From assembly GCF_001447785.1 (NCBI RefSeq), contig NW_015172148.1, forward strand, positions 1 to 64,000: a stretch of DNA of 64,000 nucleotides, in the 5' to 3' direction. Below, piece by piece: positions 1-12,647 of this stretch. The notes under the pieces are model-generated. The model saw nothing but the letters and a program-made list of their open reading frames with translations. It searched no databases and was not told the DNA's origin. This DNA comes from Gekko japonicus. Its lineage: Eukaryota. Every line of letters starts with the position of its first letter. The first letter of the stretch is position 1. Both the position numbers and the translations under genes were made by a program.

Positions 1-220
1 GCCCTAAGGTACATCACCCCAGTCTTCCCCCTCGCTACACAAGATGTTAGTTTATATGTGCATCCGCTGGATTGATTTTAAGTTGTTTTAAGTTATTTTA
101 ATTCTGTATTTTATACTATGTAATTGTATATTGAACACACTTGGTGCCTAATGTGAGCCGCCCTGAGCCCGTCCGCGGGGAGGGCGGGATATAAATGTCA
201 TAAATAAATAAATAAATAAT
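1..220 (+). mobile_element. LINE (L2-like) 3' end with (TAAA)n tail
   Basis: gtgagccgccctgagccc..gggagggcgggatataaat followed by (aaat)n; similar tails near 15466, 18015 and 21288. Confidence 0.55.
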
Positions 221-1559
221 ACCATTGAAGGCAACGTCCCGAAGGCACTAAGGTTCTTTGACTTGTATGGCTAGCCAATTGAAACCCACACAGTGAGAGA
301 ATATATCCAGGCAGTAAAAGGTAGAAACAAAGTTTTATTCGAATAAGGGACACCATGCAGCCTAAAATTCAGCTCAGATGTCCAGTGAGGGATCTGGCTT
401 ATATGCTTTTGTTGCTCCTTCCAACTTTACATCACTGCTGACATAATTTCCACAGGCTCAGTCTGGTTTTCTTTGTTTCAACAATCATTAATTAAACATA
501 TGACAATCAAGATGCTATTTAGCTGCGTTTCAACCTTACAATGCAGACGGTTATTTTCTTAAAAGTGATATATGTATCTACTTGGCTGTTTCCCCAGAAC
601 TGTTCACCTTTGAATGATCTTCTAGGCTGAATTCATTCTTAGTATAAAATCTAGCTGTTCTTATTACAAAAATGGTTCCTTTATATTGATACATGCATAT
701 ATGTATATAAAAATACTCTTAATAACATTTTGTGAAATATTTCTACTAAAAATATATGAAGAATATAAAAAAATTACAAAATTATACCACTGTTTTAAAA
801 CTTAAACTGTTTATATGCACTTTCTAAAGTTACAAAGTGGCTTATAACATAAAGCTTTCGTAGATCTCTTGAATCTACCTATTATTCTTCATTTTAATCC
901 CTCAGAGCATTTTGTTAATTTTATAAAGATATTAAATCTAGATTAAAGTTTCTGGTTTTGTAAAATACGCTGTTTTACTTTGGCCAATGGGGTCCTTCTC
1001 ATATAACATAAGTTCTGCATTCTTAATTAGCCTTTTAATTAATGACAGGCCCGTGATTAATATCTTTGGGTTTTGGCTGCATTCTGAAATGACTGCATAC
1101 CTAGTTGGCCATCCTCCCAACCTTTGCTTGTTAACAGTTTACTTTAGTCTTTAGCCTATAGCTATGCATCAGCAAAGCTTCTCATTTAAGAAATAATATT
1201 TTAGCTAGCTATTTCTTTAGCAAACCTTCTATACCATAAGCTTTCATTCACAGCTACAAACAAAATATAAAACTTATATTTTAACTTTTAAAAGCACACA
1301 GCAAGTCAGAAGAGAGGTATTCCTCTCTCTTGCAATACAGTTACCCTTTCGTTCACCCCAATAAATTCTCACTGGGCATTTCTTGCCAGCTCAGTTCATT
1401 AAATCTATAGCTGTTTCTCTATGCAAAGGAACAGTCCCTTTGTCTTAAAATAATAAGCTGCAACTGGAACTCAAGGGCAAATTTGAAATACCCTGGATGC
1501 AATATATGCAAATTTCTCACTTAATGCATAAAATAAACGCAACAAAGTCACTGGATAGA

Positions 1560-2645
1560 CCTTTGACTCAATTCGAAATTTTGATTAAAAACAAAACCCG
1601 GTCCTCTAGAGGTCTAATTTCAATTTTATAACAATCACTTTGTAAATCTTTATGGGAAAAACTTCTGACAATACACCAGTCTTGGCATAAAGACTGCGGA
1701 ACGAATTGGAACTTAACGCAATGGCAATCTATATGGTCATCTAGTCTATTTACTACATCTTTATTAAATGTCAAACTACAAAATTACAAATTATATACTC
1801 GTTGGTATAGGACACCCCAAAAACTTTCTCATATTTATACCTCCTCGCCCCCTCCTTGTTGGAAGGGTTGCGGAGAGAAAGGTTCTTTTAAACACTGTTG
1901 GTGATGGTCATCTAGTCTTTATTAAATGTCAAACTACAAAATTACAAATTATATACACATTGGTATATGACACCCCAAATATTTTCTCATATTTATACCT
2001 CCTTGCCCCCTTTTTGTTGGAAGGGATGCGGAGAGAAAGGTTCTTTTAAACACTATTGGTGGGATTGTCTCATCATTGCAAAATTTTGGTCCAAAATTAT
2101 AGATCTGATTAATAGAATTCTTAATTGTGATCTTCCTAAAACCCCGGAAACTATTCTTTTAAATTTTTGGCCTTCTTTATGGCTAACTAAATTAAAAATG
2201 GAGTTAGCTGCACTTTTACTAAGTGCTGCAAAAACTTTGATTGCACAAACCTGAAAACTTAACAAAGCTCCTACGATCCGCCAATGGTTTATTAAGGTAT
2301 GGGATTTAACAGTTATGGATAAATTAGCATCGCAAATTTGGATGGCTGAAATATTATCAAAGAAGAACATATTCTTGGAAAAATGGTTTCCCTTTTTTGA
2401 TTTTGTCAATAATTCAGAAAACAAGAGTTGTAGCCTCCCTGAAAAATATATTGATATAATTTCGTATTAAACAAATTGTTGTTATTGCTAGTTATTATTA
2501 TTGTTAATTTTGAATGATTTCTATATTCTTACAATAATTTAATTTTATATCAAGACTTTATTTTGAAAAAATCTCTTGTTAAGATTGTTTCGTTTTACTG
2601 TTGTTTATGTTGAAAAATTTAATTAAAAATTTATATATAAAAATA
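1560..2645 (+). mobile_element. 5'-truncated L1, ORF2 C-terminus, with an internal tandem duplication of about 160-170 bp
   Basis: CWKGCGEKGSFKHYWWDC (CX3CX7HX4C); A-rich tail; 1733-1903 repeated at 1904-2061. Confidence 0.85.
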
Positions 2646-3699
2646 ATAAGCCGCTAAAAGGCAGGTATATTGCTTATAGATTCCAATAACTCAATGCAAA
2701 CTTAAAAAAAGAATTTAGTTTAATTTTTCCTTATTTAAAATTAAACCATTGTGAATTTCTGAACCCATCTCTTTGAAGTAGAGAGCTTGAACATAATTCT
2801 CCACTATGACAACTTGTTATTGTGGTGAACCATACCATCCTAATTAAAAGTGGACTGATGACTTCTCGGTGCTAAGACACCTGTTCATTCAGAAATTTCT
2901 TTCTCTGACCATTAAATATGATATAAAACACCTGTTTCTACAATTCGGCTTAGTGTGTAACGATTTGTCAGCTTGTTCCTGGAAAATCCCAACAGTGATC
3001 AATAGATTATCATTTGAACCTTTGAGCTTCCTCTACAAATCCCCCCTTTGACTCAAAACTGACGCTTCTGTTTCCTGGGTCATTCCTGGATGTTTACCTT
3101 CACTTGCTGTTGGTAAACAACAGATTGTTGTTGAAGGGCTATGTAATATTGCTTAGCGATTGGCTGAGGGCGTTTGCAAAGGTTCACACACAAATTTATG
3201 ACATTTGGAATACATTGGATACAATAGCACAAATCTATGATTCTGGCTAACATTTGCCCATTCTAACTTGAGTTTTAAAGATTCTGCCAACTTCCGAGCA
3301 TAAGATCTGTGTAGCTTGTAGCATATTGTATGGAACCAGGATTCTAGCACAAGTGACAAGAATATCCATTTTTTCCCACCACTCCCTGATATTAAACCAC
3401 TTTATGTTCAGGGGAGGCTCTGGCCACTTGACATCTATGTTTGGGATGGAGCTACATGTTAATAGCATCTTGGGCTGCCTCGCTGAAAGAATTTGCTAAG
3501 TCCTATTCAGTATCCTTTACATCCTTGGATTCTCAAACACTGTGTATACGAAGACTCTACATAAGTTTCCCAGTTATCACCCTTTTGTTTCCTTTACATC
3601 CTTGGATGTGTATAGGAAGACTCTACATAAGTTTCCCAGTTATCAAAAAGTTCCCAAGACGTGAATACACAGATCATTTCAGCAACCCCATAAGGATTA

Positions 3700-6620
3700 T
3701 TGATACTTAGGGTAAGACTACATGTTTAATGTGGGCAAATTCTCCAATAGCCATGTTCAATCCAATATCCTTTTCTACAAAAAGTTTGATCATACAAGCC
3801 CCACAACTCCTGGGGTGTGGGAAGAACAAGTGGACCTTTTTGAACAGTAGCTTTAGTTTGTTGAGAGGCCTGATGTGCCATGTCAAATCTTGCATCACCC
3901 CTCTCCAGTTGTAATGTCATCTGTTGTAGCTCCTTTGTTTCCTTCTGGGTTGTTGGGGTCTTCCACTAGAACCGCTAAAAAAATCGGGTGTGATGGACCC
4001 AGCCTATGTTGCCTTCAACTTTTATGGCAGCATGAGCTGTCAGCAACACTTGCAATGGCCCCTTCCACTTTGGGGTCAATGGCCCCTTCTTCCACATCTT
4101 TACGTAGACCCAGTCACCAGGCTAAACCATATGGACAGGAGCGTCTAAGGGTAAAGGCTACTGAGAGAAAGCACACCTGTGGAGAGTAAACAAAACAGAC
4201 TGCAGGGCAATAACATATTCTTTTAACATTTGATCACTAATTTCCAAAGTCACCCTTCCCTTAGGAATCCCAACCATAAAGGGATGCCCATAAACCAATT
4301 CAAATGGTGAGTCCTAACTTTCCCTGAGAAGCTGCTCAAATGCGGGTGAGGTCCAAAGGAAAAGCTTGTTTCAGTACAAATCTTAGTTGACAGCTTTCAA
4401 AGTCTTGTCCATTTGTTCCACTTGGCCACTTGACTGGGGTCTCCAGGCAGTATGCAAGTCCCATTTGATGTTCAATACTTGAGAGTCCTGTTGAATTACT
4501 TCTGCAACAAAATGTCTGCTGCGATCTGAATTTATAGTCTCTGGAAGACCAAAGCACGGTACAATCTCATTCAGGAGTGCCTTGGCTACATTTCTAGCTG
4601 TTGGGGCGGAATATACATAGGCTTTGGACTAAACAGTTAACACACACAATAACTAATAGGTACCTCTTCCTCTGTGTTCTAGGTACCTCAGTGTAGTCCA
4701 CTTGTAATGCTTGAAAGAGTCTCATGGCCCATTGTCTGGCACCTGGAACAGTGGGTCACCCTGGTCTTGCAATTACTTGTTGGCAAATGAGGCACTGAGC
4801 CACCTCTTGGGCTGTTGCTTGGTACATACCAGGTGGTACTAGGTGTTGTAGTAATGCATCTGCTATAGCATTCCCTCCTAGGTGGGTGGATGCATGGTAG
4901 TCCTTCAGAATCTGTCGTAGGCAACCTCAGGGTACGATGACTCTTCCATCCATGGTGATCCACCATCTTTCACCATTCTTCCTTGCCCCATTGTCCTTTG
5001 CCATCTTTTCTTCGTCTTGGGTGTAGGGTGGATCTTTAGGCCAGCTGATATGAGGTACGAGGGCACACTGGAGTGAGGCACCTTCTGTTGGTTGCACAGC
5101 TGCTGCCTTGGATGCTTCATCTGCTTGATGATTTCCTCGGATTTCAGAAGAGGGCCTCCTTTGATGAGCTCTGATGTGGATTACAGTGACTTCTGCTGGT
5201 TCCATCAGGTTCTCCAGTAGCTGCAACACTTGGGGACCATTCACTATCTTGTCTCCGGCTGCTGTGACAAATCCTCTTTCTCTCCACAGCATGCCATAGG
5301 CATGGACCCAATCAGTATAAATGTTCACTCTTTGTCCTTTAGCCAGCCTAAGAGCTTGCGAAAGGGCGTGCAGCTTGGCTGCTTGTGCAGACCACAATAA
5401 AGGTAATGGTTAAGCTTCAATGGTTTTCCATTCGGTGACTACTGCATAACCAGTCTTCCATTCTCTGTTCACCAGTCTACTGGAACATTCCACAAAGTAT
5501 TCTAGCTCTGCATTTGGGATGGGAGAATTGTCATCAACCATGGATAGACCTTCATGTAGTCTAGCTTCTTCTTGTTCTACAGGAAGTAGAGTTGTTGGAT
5601 TCATATGATAGCAACTGTCAAGTCACATCACTTCTTCCAATGAGGAGGGCTTCATACTTCGTAAGCCTGTAGTTGGTAAGCCACTTTGCCCCTCTTTGTT
5701 GTAGAAGAGTGGCTACAGAATGTGGACAGTGCCATTACCTTCATTGGCTGTTCTAGGGTAAATTTTCTTGCCTCTTCAACTGCCATGGCTGTTGCTGCAA
5801 CTGCTCGCAGGCACGTTGGTCATCCTTGAGCCACTGTGTCTAGTTGCTTGGACAGGTAGGCTACAGGTCTCAAGTCTCTTCCCAGCTTCTGGGTGAGTAC
5901 AGCAGAGGCTACAACTTGGTTCTCATGGACAAAAAGTTCAAAGGGCTTCTCCAGATCAGGTAGTGCAAGGGCTGGAGTTTCCATGAGGGTCTTCTTCAAG
6001 GTCTCGAATGTCTTGCGGTCTTCTGCTGTCCATTCAAGGGGAACAGGTTCTCCCTCACAGCACTTCTGGTGTAGCAGCTTGGTCAGTTTTCCGTAGCCAG
6101 GAATCCAAAGTCTGCAGAAACTTGAGAGACCTAGAAAACTATGCAGTTGTTTCTTAGTAGTAGGCAATGGCACACAACACATAGCTTCTTTTTGTTCTGG
6201 GAGTATCCGGCGACTTCCCTTAGACCACAGAAGATTGGGTGACTTGTACTTTGCCTTGTGTCACTCTGTAGCCTCTGTTGGCCAAGAAGTTAAACAAGGA
6301 AATTGTTGCCTCAGTAACAGCCTCTTTGGAGGTACTCATTCTCAGCAAATCATCCACATACTGGAGGAGGCGTGTCTCCCTGGGGGCGGGCCACTCTGCC
6401 AAGTCCTTTGCCAGAACTTTTCCAAATACAGCTAAAGAATCCACAAAGCCTTGGGGAAGTACTGTTCATTGGAGCTGTTCTTTCCGGCCCGTCTGGGGGT
6501 CTTCCCATTGAAAGGCAAACAGGTGCCTGCTCTCAGGAGCCAGTGGTACAGAAAATAATGCATCCTTAAAATCCAAAACTGTGAACCACCCATGAGTTCC
6601 AGGTATGGTGGTTAGGATAG
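3700..6620 (-). mobile_element. Class I (gamma/epsilon-like) ERV pol remnant: RT, RNase H, integrase
   Basis: TVLDFKDA..FAF, WTVLPQGF and QYVDDLL (RT); RPVAYLSKQLD and GNHQAD (connection/RNase H); GDWVYVK..WKGP (integrase C-terminus); many stops and frameshifts. Confidence 0.9.
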
Positions 6621-6878
6621 ATGGCTTCAAGAGGGAACTGGATAAACATATGGAGCAGATGGCATATGGATTAGCCATAAGGTATAGATCGGAACTCTCA
6701 GTCTGGGGCAAGTGATGCTCTGTATTCTTGGTGCTTGAGGGGGGCAACAGTGGGAGGGCTTCTACTATCCTGGCCCTCTAGTAGACCTCTTGATGGCACC
6801 TGGTATTTTTGGCCACTGTGTGATAGTGTGTTGGACTGGATGGGCCATTGGCTTCTCTTATGTTCTTATGTTCTTACA
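6620..6878 (+). mobile_element. CR1 LINE 3' end
   Basis: (ttcttatg)n tail and CR1-type 3' UTR; truncates the ERV RT. Confidence 0.7.
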
Positions 6879-6879
6879 T

Positions 6880-7775
6880 TAGGGAAGTCCAACCCACCTG
6901 AAGATCGTGAAAGTTGAAAATCTGAGGGCTGAAACGAAAATAAAATCAACAGAAGATCCGAATACAAATAATCATGTTTTGGATGCCAGAAGTAAGTATA
7001 ATGGATCTTCTAGAAATTAACTATCCTGGGGTGGGCTGAGGATTGGGGTTTCAATTTATGGTACCCCTATAAATTAACGTCCTCCAAAACATCCTGTCGT
7101 TAACAGCTTTGCTCAGGTCTTGCAAACTGAGAGCCATGGCTTCCTTTATAGAGTCAATCCATCTCATGGATTCTGTAAGTGGAGATATTAACCGTTAATC
7201 CATCAGAATTATATTGTAATCCATAGGGTCAGTGGTCTTTCAAAATATTATTTTTATGTCTAAGGCTGACAGTCCCAGAAATCTTCCAGCTCCTTTTCAG
7301 CCCTTTACAAGCAGCTCAAGTGCCAAATTCAGTTCTTTGCCCAGCCGCTTCAGAAGGGGGGGGGGAGAATCCCTTTCTCCCTTCAGATCTCTTGTTTTAC
7401 TTTCCTTTAAAAGGGTTCTCAGTTCTCAGCTCTTTTTCACTAAAGTTATTTCAAGAAGTACTCACAATGGTGATGTTTCTGCTGAATCTTATAAGGTCTT
7501 GAAGAGCTCGCCGTATCCCCTCGTCCTGTGTTCACGGCTCTGCAGCTTAGGGGAAGCCTCAGTAGCTCTTGCACAGGCTTGTGCTTCGGCGCAATCTGGG
7601 CTCAATCCGCTTGCGGAGAACCCAGGATCAAACCTCTTGCTTAGGACCCCTCTTCAGGGGAGTCCATGCGGGCTTGGATAAGAGTTTAAACCCTCCAAGC
7701 TTGGCAATCCAGCACAGCTTCTCGGAACTTTCCAGGAGCTGGTCCACTGCTGCCACACCAAAATTGCCCCCCCCC
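6880..7775 (-). mobile_element. Divergent L1-derived (HAL1-like) retroposon, 5' portion
   Basis: 5' hairpin architecture shared with 12676-12845 and 62421-62610; extent of 3' end uncertain. Confidence 0.5.
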
Positions 7776-7776
7776 C

Positions 7777-8300
7777 ATACAAGGTCACAAACGTCTGTCC
7801 ATAGTTCTTCAGGCACTCTGTCTATACACCTCCTAGAACTAACACACACCAAAAAAATGTCTTTATCATCATAGGGGACTAGAATGCTAAAGTATGAAGT
7901 CAAAAGGCAACCGGAATAAGGGGCAAGTTTGGCTTTGGAGAACAAAATGAAGCCAGGCAAAGGCTGAGTTTTGTCAAGAGAACATGGTGGTCATAGCAAA
8001 CACCCTCTTCCAACAACCGAAGAGATGACTCTACACATGGACATCACCAGATGGGCAACATCGAAATTAGATTGATTATCTTTTGCAGTCAGAGATGGAG
8101 AAGTTCTATACAGTCAGTAAAAACAAGACCTGGAGTTGAATGTGGCTCAGATCATGAGCTACTCATTGCAAAATTCAGGTTTAACCTGAAGAAAGTTGGG
8201 AAAACCACTAGACCATTCAGGTTTGACCTAGATCACATCTCTTATGAATATACAGTGGAGGTGAAGAATAGGTTTAAGGGACTAGATTTGATAGACAGAG
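7777..8300. mobile_element. RTE-BovB fragment with internal inversion
   Basis: + strand 7826-8300 encodes [27 protein letters not shown]; its continuation DRVPEELWTDVCDLV is on the - strand at 7825-7777. Confidence 0.85.
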
Positions 8301-8890
8301 CTTGTCTATATCCTTCTCAAATTGTGGTGCCCAAAACTGAACACAATACTCTAAGTGAGGTCTAACCAGATCAGAGTAAAGTGGTACCATCACTTCACGT
8401 GATCTGAACACTACTGTTGATACAACCCAAAATGGTATTTGCCTTTTTATCTACCGCATCACACTGCTGACTCATGTTCAATGTATGGTCTACTAAGACC
8501 CCTAGATCCTTTTCGCACATACTACTGCCAAGGCAAGTCTCCCCCATCCTATAACCATGCATTTGATTTTTCCTACCTAAACGCAGAACTTTACATTTAT
8601 CCCCATTGAAATTCATTTTGTTTTAACCCAGTTTTGCAGCCTGTCAAAATTATCCTGTATCCTGACTCTGCCATATTTGCTACCTCTCCCAATTTAGTAT
8701 CATCTGGAAATTTAATAAGCATTCCCTCTATCCCTTCATCCAAATCATTGATAAAAATGTTGAACAAAACAGGTCCTAGGACAGATCCTTGAGGCACTCC
8801 ACTTGTCACCTCTCCAAGAAGATGAGGAACCATTCACAAGCACTCTTTGGGTGCAGTCTGTCAACCAGTTACAGATCCATCTAACAGTCT
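8300..8890 (-). mobile_element. CR1 LINE RT fragment
   Basis: [37 protein letters not shown]. Confidence 0.9.
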
Positions 8891-9977
8891 CTAGCCAGAC
8901 CTAACCACGGTGTTGGCAGAGGGCCCCTAGCATCTGCAGACACTGCTGTTAAATACCTTTAGAATCCAGATTAACTGTCAATCAAGGAATTGGATGGTCC
9001 TGATGAAACCCAGACTCTTCCCCTTTCTGACTAGAAGACCCAGACCTGAAATTCCCCTCTGCATTGCATGCTGGTTTCACTCCCTTTGATTATCAGGATT
9101 TATGGTTCACAGTCCATGCCACTTTCGAGTTGTTTGATCATCGGATTTAATTGTACCTTCTGCACAGATGTATGACCGTTTTATGGCCATTCAAGAGTGA
9201 CTCTGCAGTCAGTACAGAGTTGCCCCAAGGTATTTGGATGTGGTTTTGAGCTGCACTTTTTTGTGGATCAAATGCTAGATGCAGAATTGCTCTGTTAAAA
9301 ACACTCTCCCTGTCAAGGCCTATCTAGATGTTTTGGCTTCCAGGCTGGAACTCAGAAATGTAAACAGTTCTTTTAGAGCAGAGTGCAGGGTGCATTGTCA
9401 GGGTGAAAAACATCCTGCAAAGCCTTATGGGAGAGAACCAAATAGAGAGGCCTAAGCCAATTCAGGCTGCTGTACAGAACTGCCCTGTGTCGCTTATCAT
9501 TCTGCCACATCCCAAACTAGTTTGGTTTGGCAGAGGGGCTGGGATAAGTTTTGGAACACACCCAAAACTGAACCCGAGCCAGGTTTTCCCAGTTTGTGTC
9601 CATCTCTATACAGCTCCTCTAGTTCTCTGGCTCCCAGCAGCCCTGTACCATGGGCACCTATTGTTACCCAAAGTGGTGATCTAGTTAATTGGTGGAAATT
9701 AGCTTGGTCAGAGACACAGCAAGAGGCGGGTAACTGGGATCTCCACTAATGTATACCAAAACTTTTCCCTTAGAGAATTCTCAAAATAAACCAGTCTGGT
9801 GTTCAACTGTGTGATGGAATGGGCTTGCTCTGACTTAGAGACCCTGTTCTGTCAGCCTCCTCCTTGGCTTGTGCCAATTCCTGGAGGGTGCTATTCCACT
9901 TCCTTCCACTAGGATATGCTGCCACCACTGTCCTGTTGGGGTCTTCCTGACAGGAGGGACAAACTAACACCCCTTCT

Positions 9978-10785
9978 TTTGTGAAACGCATTTTATTGGT
10001 TTTCAATTTAACAATAGTAGATTGAACCATAAAAAACAACAACACAATAACAAATACATATAGGTATACATTGAACTTTGCGCACAGAGAGCTTTTGATG
10101 TACATAAAATAGTAGGTCATGTTAATACTGCACTATAATTATATGCTAAATTCCGAGTTGAATAGAGATTATGCTGAAAAGTACATATAATGAGTTTTAG
10201 GTTTTTACCATAAATGTAATGTATCAATCACTGTGGGTGTGTCTTCAAATTGTTGTAGGTACTCTAGAATTGGAAACCAAACAGTTACAAAGGAGGAAGG
10301 GGTAGGAATCCTGTCAAGTCGCGTAAGGTTATCCGAGAGTTTTGCCATGATGTATAAATCCCATAGTTTCTTGTGCCAATGTGAAACTGTGGGTGTCATT
10401 GTCAATTTCCAGTGGGAGGAAATGACCGTTTTAGCCGCAAATAGTAATATGGAGACCACCACCGAAGGAGCAAGGCTATGATCTACCCATCTGTTCAAAA
10501 ACAGGTTTTCTGGAGTGGGAGTAATATCGATGTTATGAAATGATGTTATTTGTAGTAAGATTTCTTCCCAGAAAGGTAAAATTTTGGGACAGGTTACCCA
10601 GCAATGTAAGTAAGTTCCCCTGATACCACAATTTTTCCAGCAGTTTGGATTATACGCATGAGTCATGAGTGATAATTTGACAGGTGTGAGGTACCAATGC
10701 GCTAAAATCTTGAAGGACTGTAATTTCATAGATGTGATTTTGATTACCATAGGGACCAAATTCCTTCTGGGGAAGAACTGGAGAA
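9978..10785 (-). mobile_element. 5'-truncated L1 (ORF2 C-terminus), present only in unit A
   Basis: CWKNCGIRGTYLHCWVTC; absent from the paralogous site at about 27270-27360. Confidence 0.85.
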
Positions 10786-11317
10786 TTGGCAAGAGGTGCC
10801 TTGACTGCTTGCCTTCCCCCTTCCTGGGACTCCCCTCTTAAGGTAGCATGGTCTAAGGTGGCTGGGGGAAATATGTGGTCCAGAGAATACTACAAGCTTC
10901 AAAGAGTGAAATATTTATTAAAAAGAGAAAAAGGTTACAAGCATACTTTTAGCGCAGCAGCAGATCTGCAACCAGAAGGACGAATAATAGTTGGGCATAA
11001 TCATATCCTCTGTCCCTGGTTCTACAACTTACTCTACTAGATGTTGAAGTAGAGCAGGCAGTTCCAAGCTTAGAAAGTTACAAAAGGTTCTAAGGATGTC
11101 TCATTACCTCAGGCATCCTGCATCCAGCTAGACAGCCAGGCCCAGCAGCATGTTCAAGATGGCCACTGGCCTGCTGACCAGAGTTCAGCAGTCTGTCCTC
11201 TTCCATGGACCAGCAACAAGAGACCCTCCCTCCTGGGAGCAAGCACTTTTATTAAAACTCTGACGCAACCCATTTTACATCACTCTTGACTCCCAAGGCT
11301 TCTATTTGCTTTTGCAG

Positions 11318-11420
11318 GGGAATCCGCAGCCTGGAGACTTGATCGAGATTTTTCAGCCTGAATGCCAACATTGGGCCATCTATATAAGCAATGGATATGT
11401 GGTCCACTTGGTTCCACAAG
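11318..11420 (+). CDS. PLAAT/HRASLS-family module A, His-His exon ([34 protein letters not shown])
   Basis: Acceptor tttgcag and donor gtaatg; 103 bp, phase 0 to 1; PGDLIE..HWAIY..GYVVHL motif carrying both catalytic His residues of LRAT-like NlpC/P60 enzymes. Confidence 0.9.
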
Positions 11421-12647
11421 GTAATGATTTCTTTGCTTTACAACAGAGAGCAAGATATATGTCTAAGGACCTTTCCAGATGTCCCTTATCAAGGCCCTTT
11501 CTGCACTGTCATTTCCCTCACATTCACCCTGCATATCTCCAGTCGTTTGTTTTTTTGTTCTGCACTCCTCCGCACTCTCACCGAGCATTCCATTTGTATT
11601 CTCTTTCTCATTCTGCACTGACTCCCCCCCCCCTTTGGTACCCAGATCGCTTTCAGCCTGCATTTACCCTGGGCTTTTCAAGAGTGGTTTTGTGGCAATT
11701 TATATTCTTTGTTCATTTCCAAGCCAGAGCTAATTTAAAAGAAGAAGTCTCCCCATAGATTTTCCCCCATGCCCATTTCCGGTCTCTCCTAGGCCAATCC
11801 CCCCTCCTCATCAGCATCCTTTTCAGCCAGTTCAGGCTCCCCAGAGAGTGCTTGGCAAAAGCAGCCGCTAAAGGCACAGGCGAAGCGGGCTGCCTGGCTG
11901 GCCCTTCCCCTCCATGGCTCCTCCTGCCAGCAGCTTCCCTCTTCCCAAGGGCACTGCAGCAGAAGGAGAAGCCCACCAGCCTCTCCCTGACCCTTCTGCC
12001 ACCTAAACAAAAGTCTGCTAGCTGGCCATTTGTTAGGTTATCTCTCTGGCAAGCCTTTCAGGCCTGGGGAGGGAAGCAGGGAAGATGCAGCCTGCTTGGC
12101 TCTTCCTTGGCTCTTGGGGGAGGGAGGGGAGTCTTCGGTTGCCTCTCCCCCCACCCTGCCTATCTATCTACCCTAAGTGCAATGTAATAACACATGGGGA
12201 ATAGTCCTTATTATTACACCACTCAAGAACCATCCTCTCTTCTTTCAAATATTTTTTTAAAAATGCAAGACACACTGCAGGTGAAATTTATACACAAATT
12301 TATATACAATTCAGGATGTGCTGTGACCAAAATAAGCTGAAATTGTGCTAATTTTTAAATCTACATTTAAACATTTTAATTCATGGAATGTTCTTAGTTA
12401 CCCCTGGATCGTAATTAAATGCATGGAGTATACTTTCATTAACATTTTGGTGTATTTGCACAGAAGTTTTTTTCTACCTTGGCATCCACCTGACATGGGT
12501 TGATTCCACATGGACTTTTTCTCAGTTTCCACAATCCCATATTGCAGGATTTGCTTTGTTTTTTTATTAGAATCATAGAGTTGGAAGGAACCTCTAGGGT
12601 CATCTAGTACAACCCCCTGCATAATGCAGGACATATAGAAATACCTC

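Noticed and set aside
11306-11758. 150-aa ORF (and ORFs 21961-22566, 27948-28253, 30097-30510) as single-exon genes
   Set aside because: PLAAT similarity stops exactly at canonical splice sites; the rest is intron read-through
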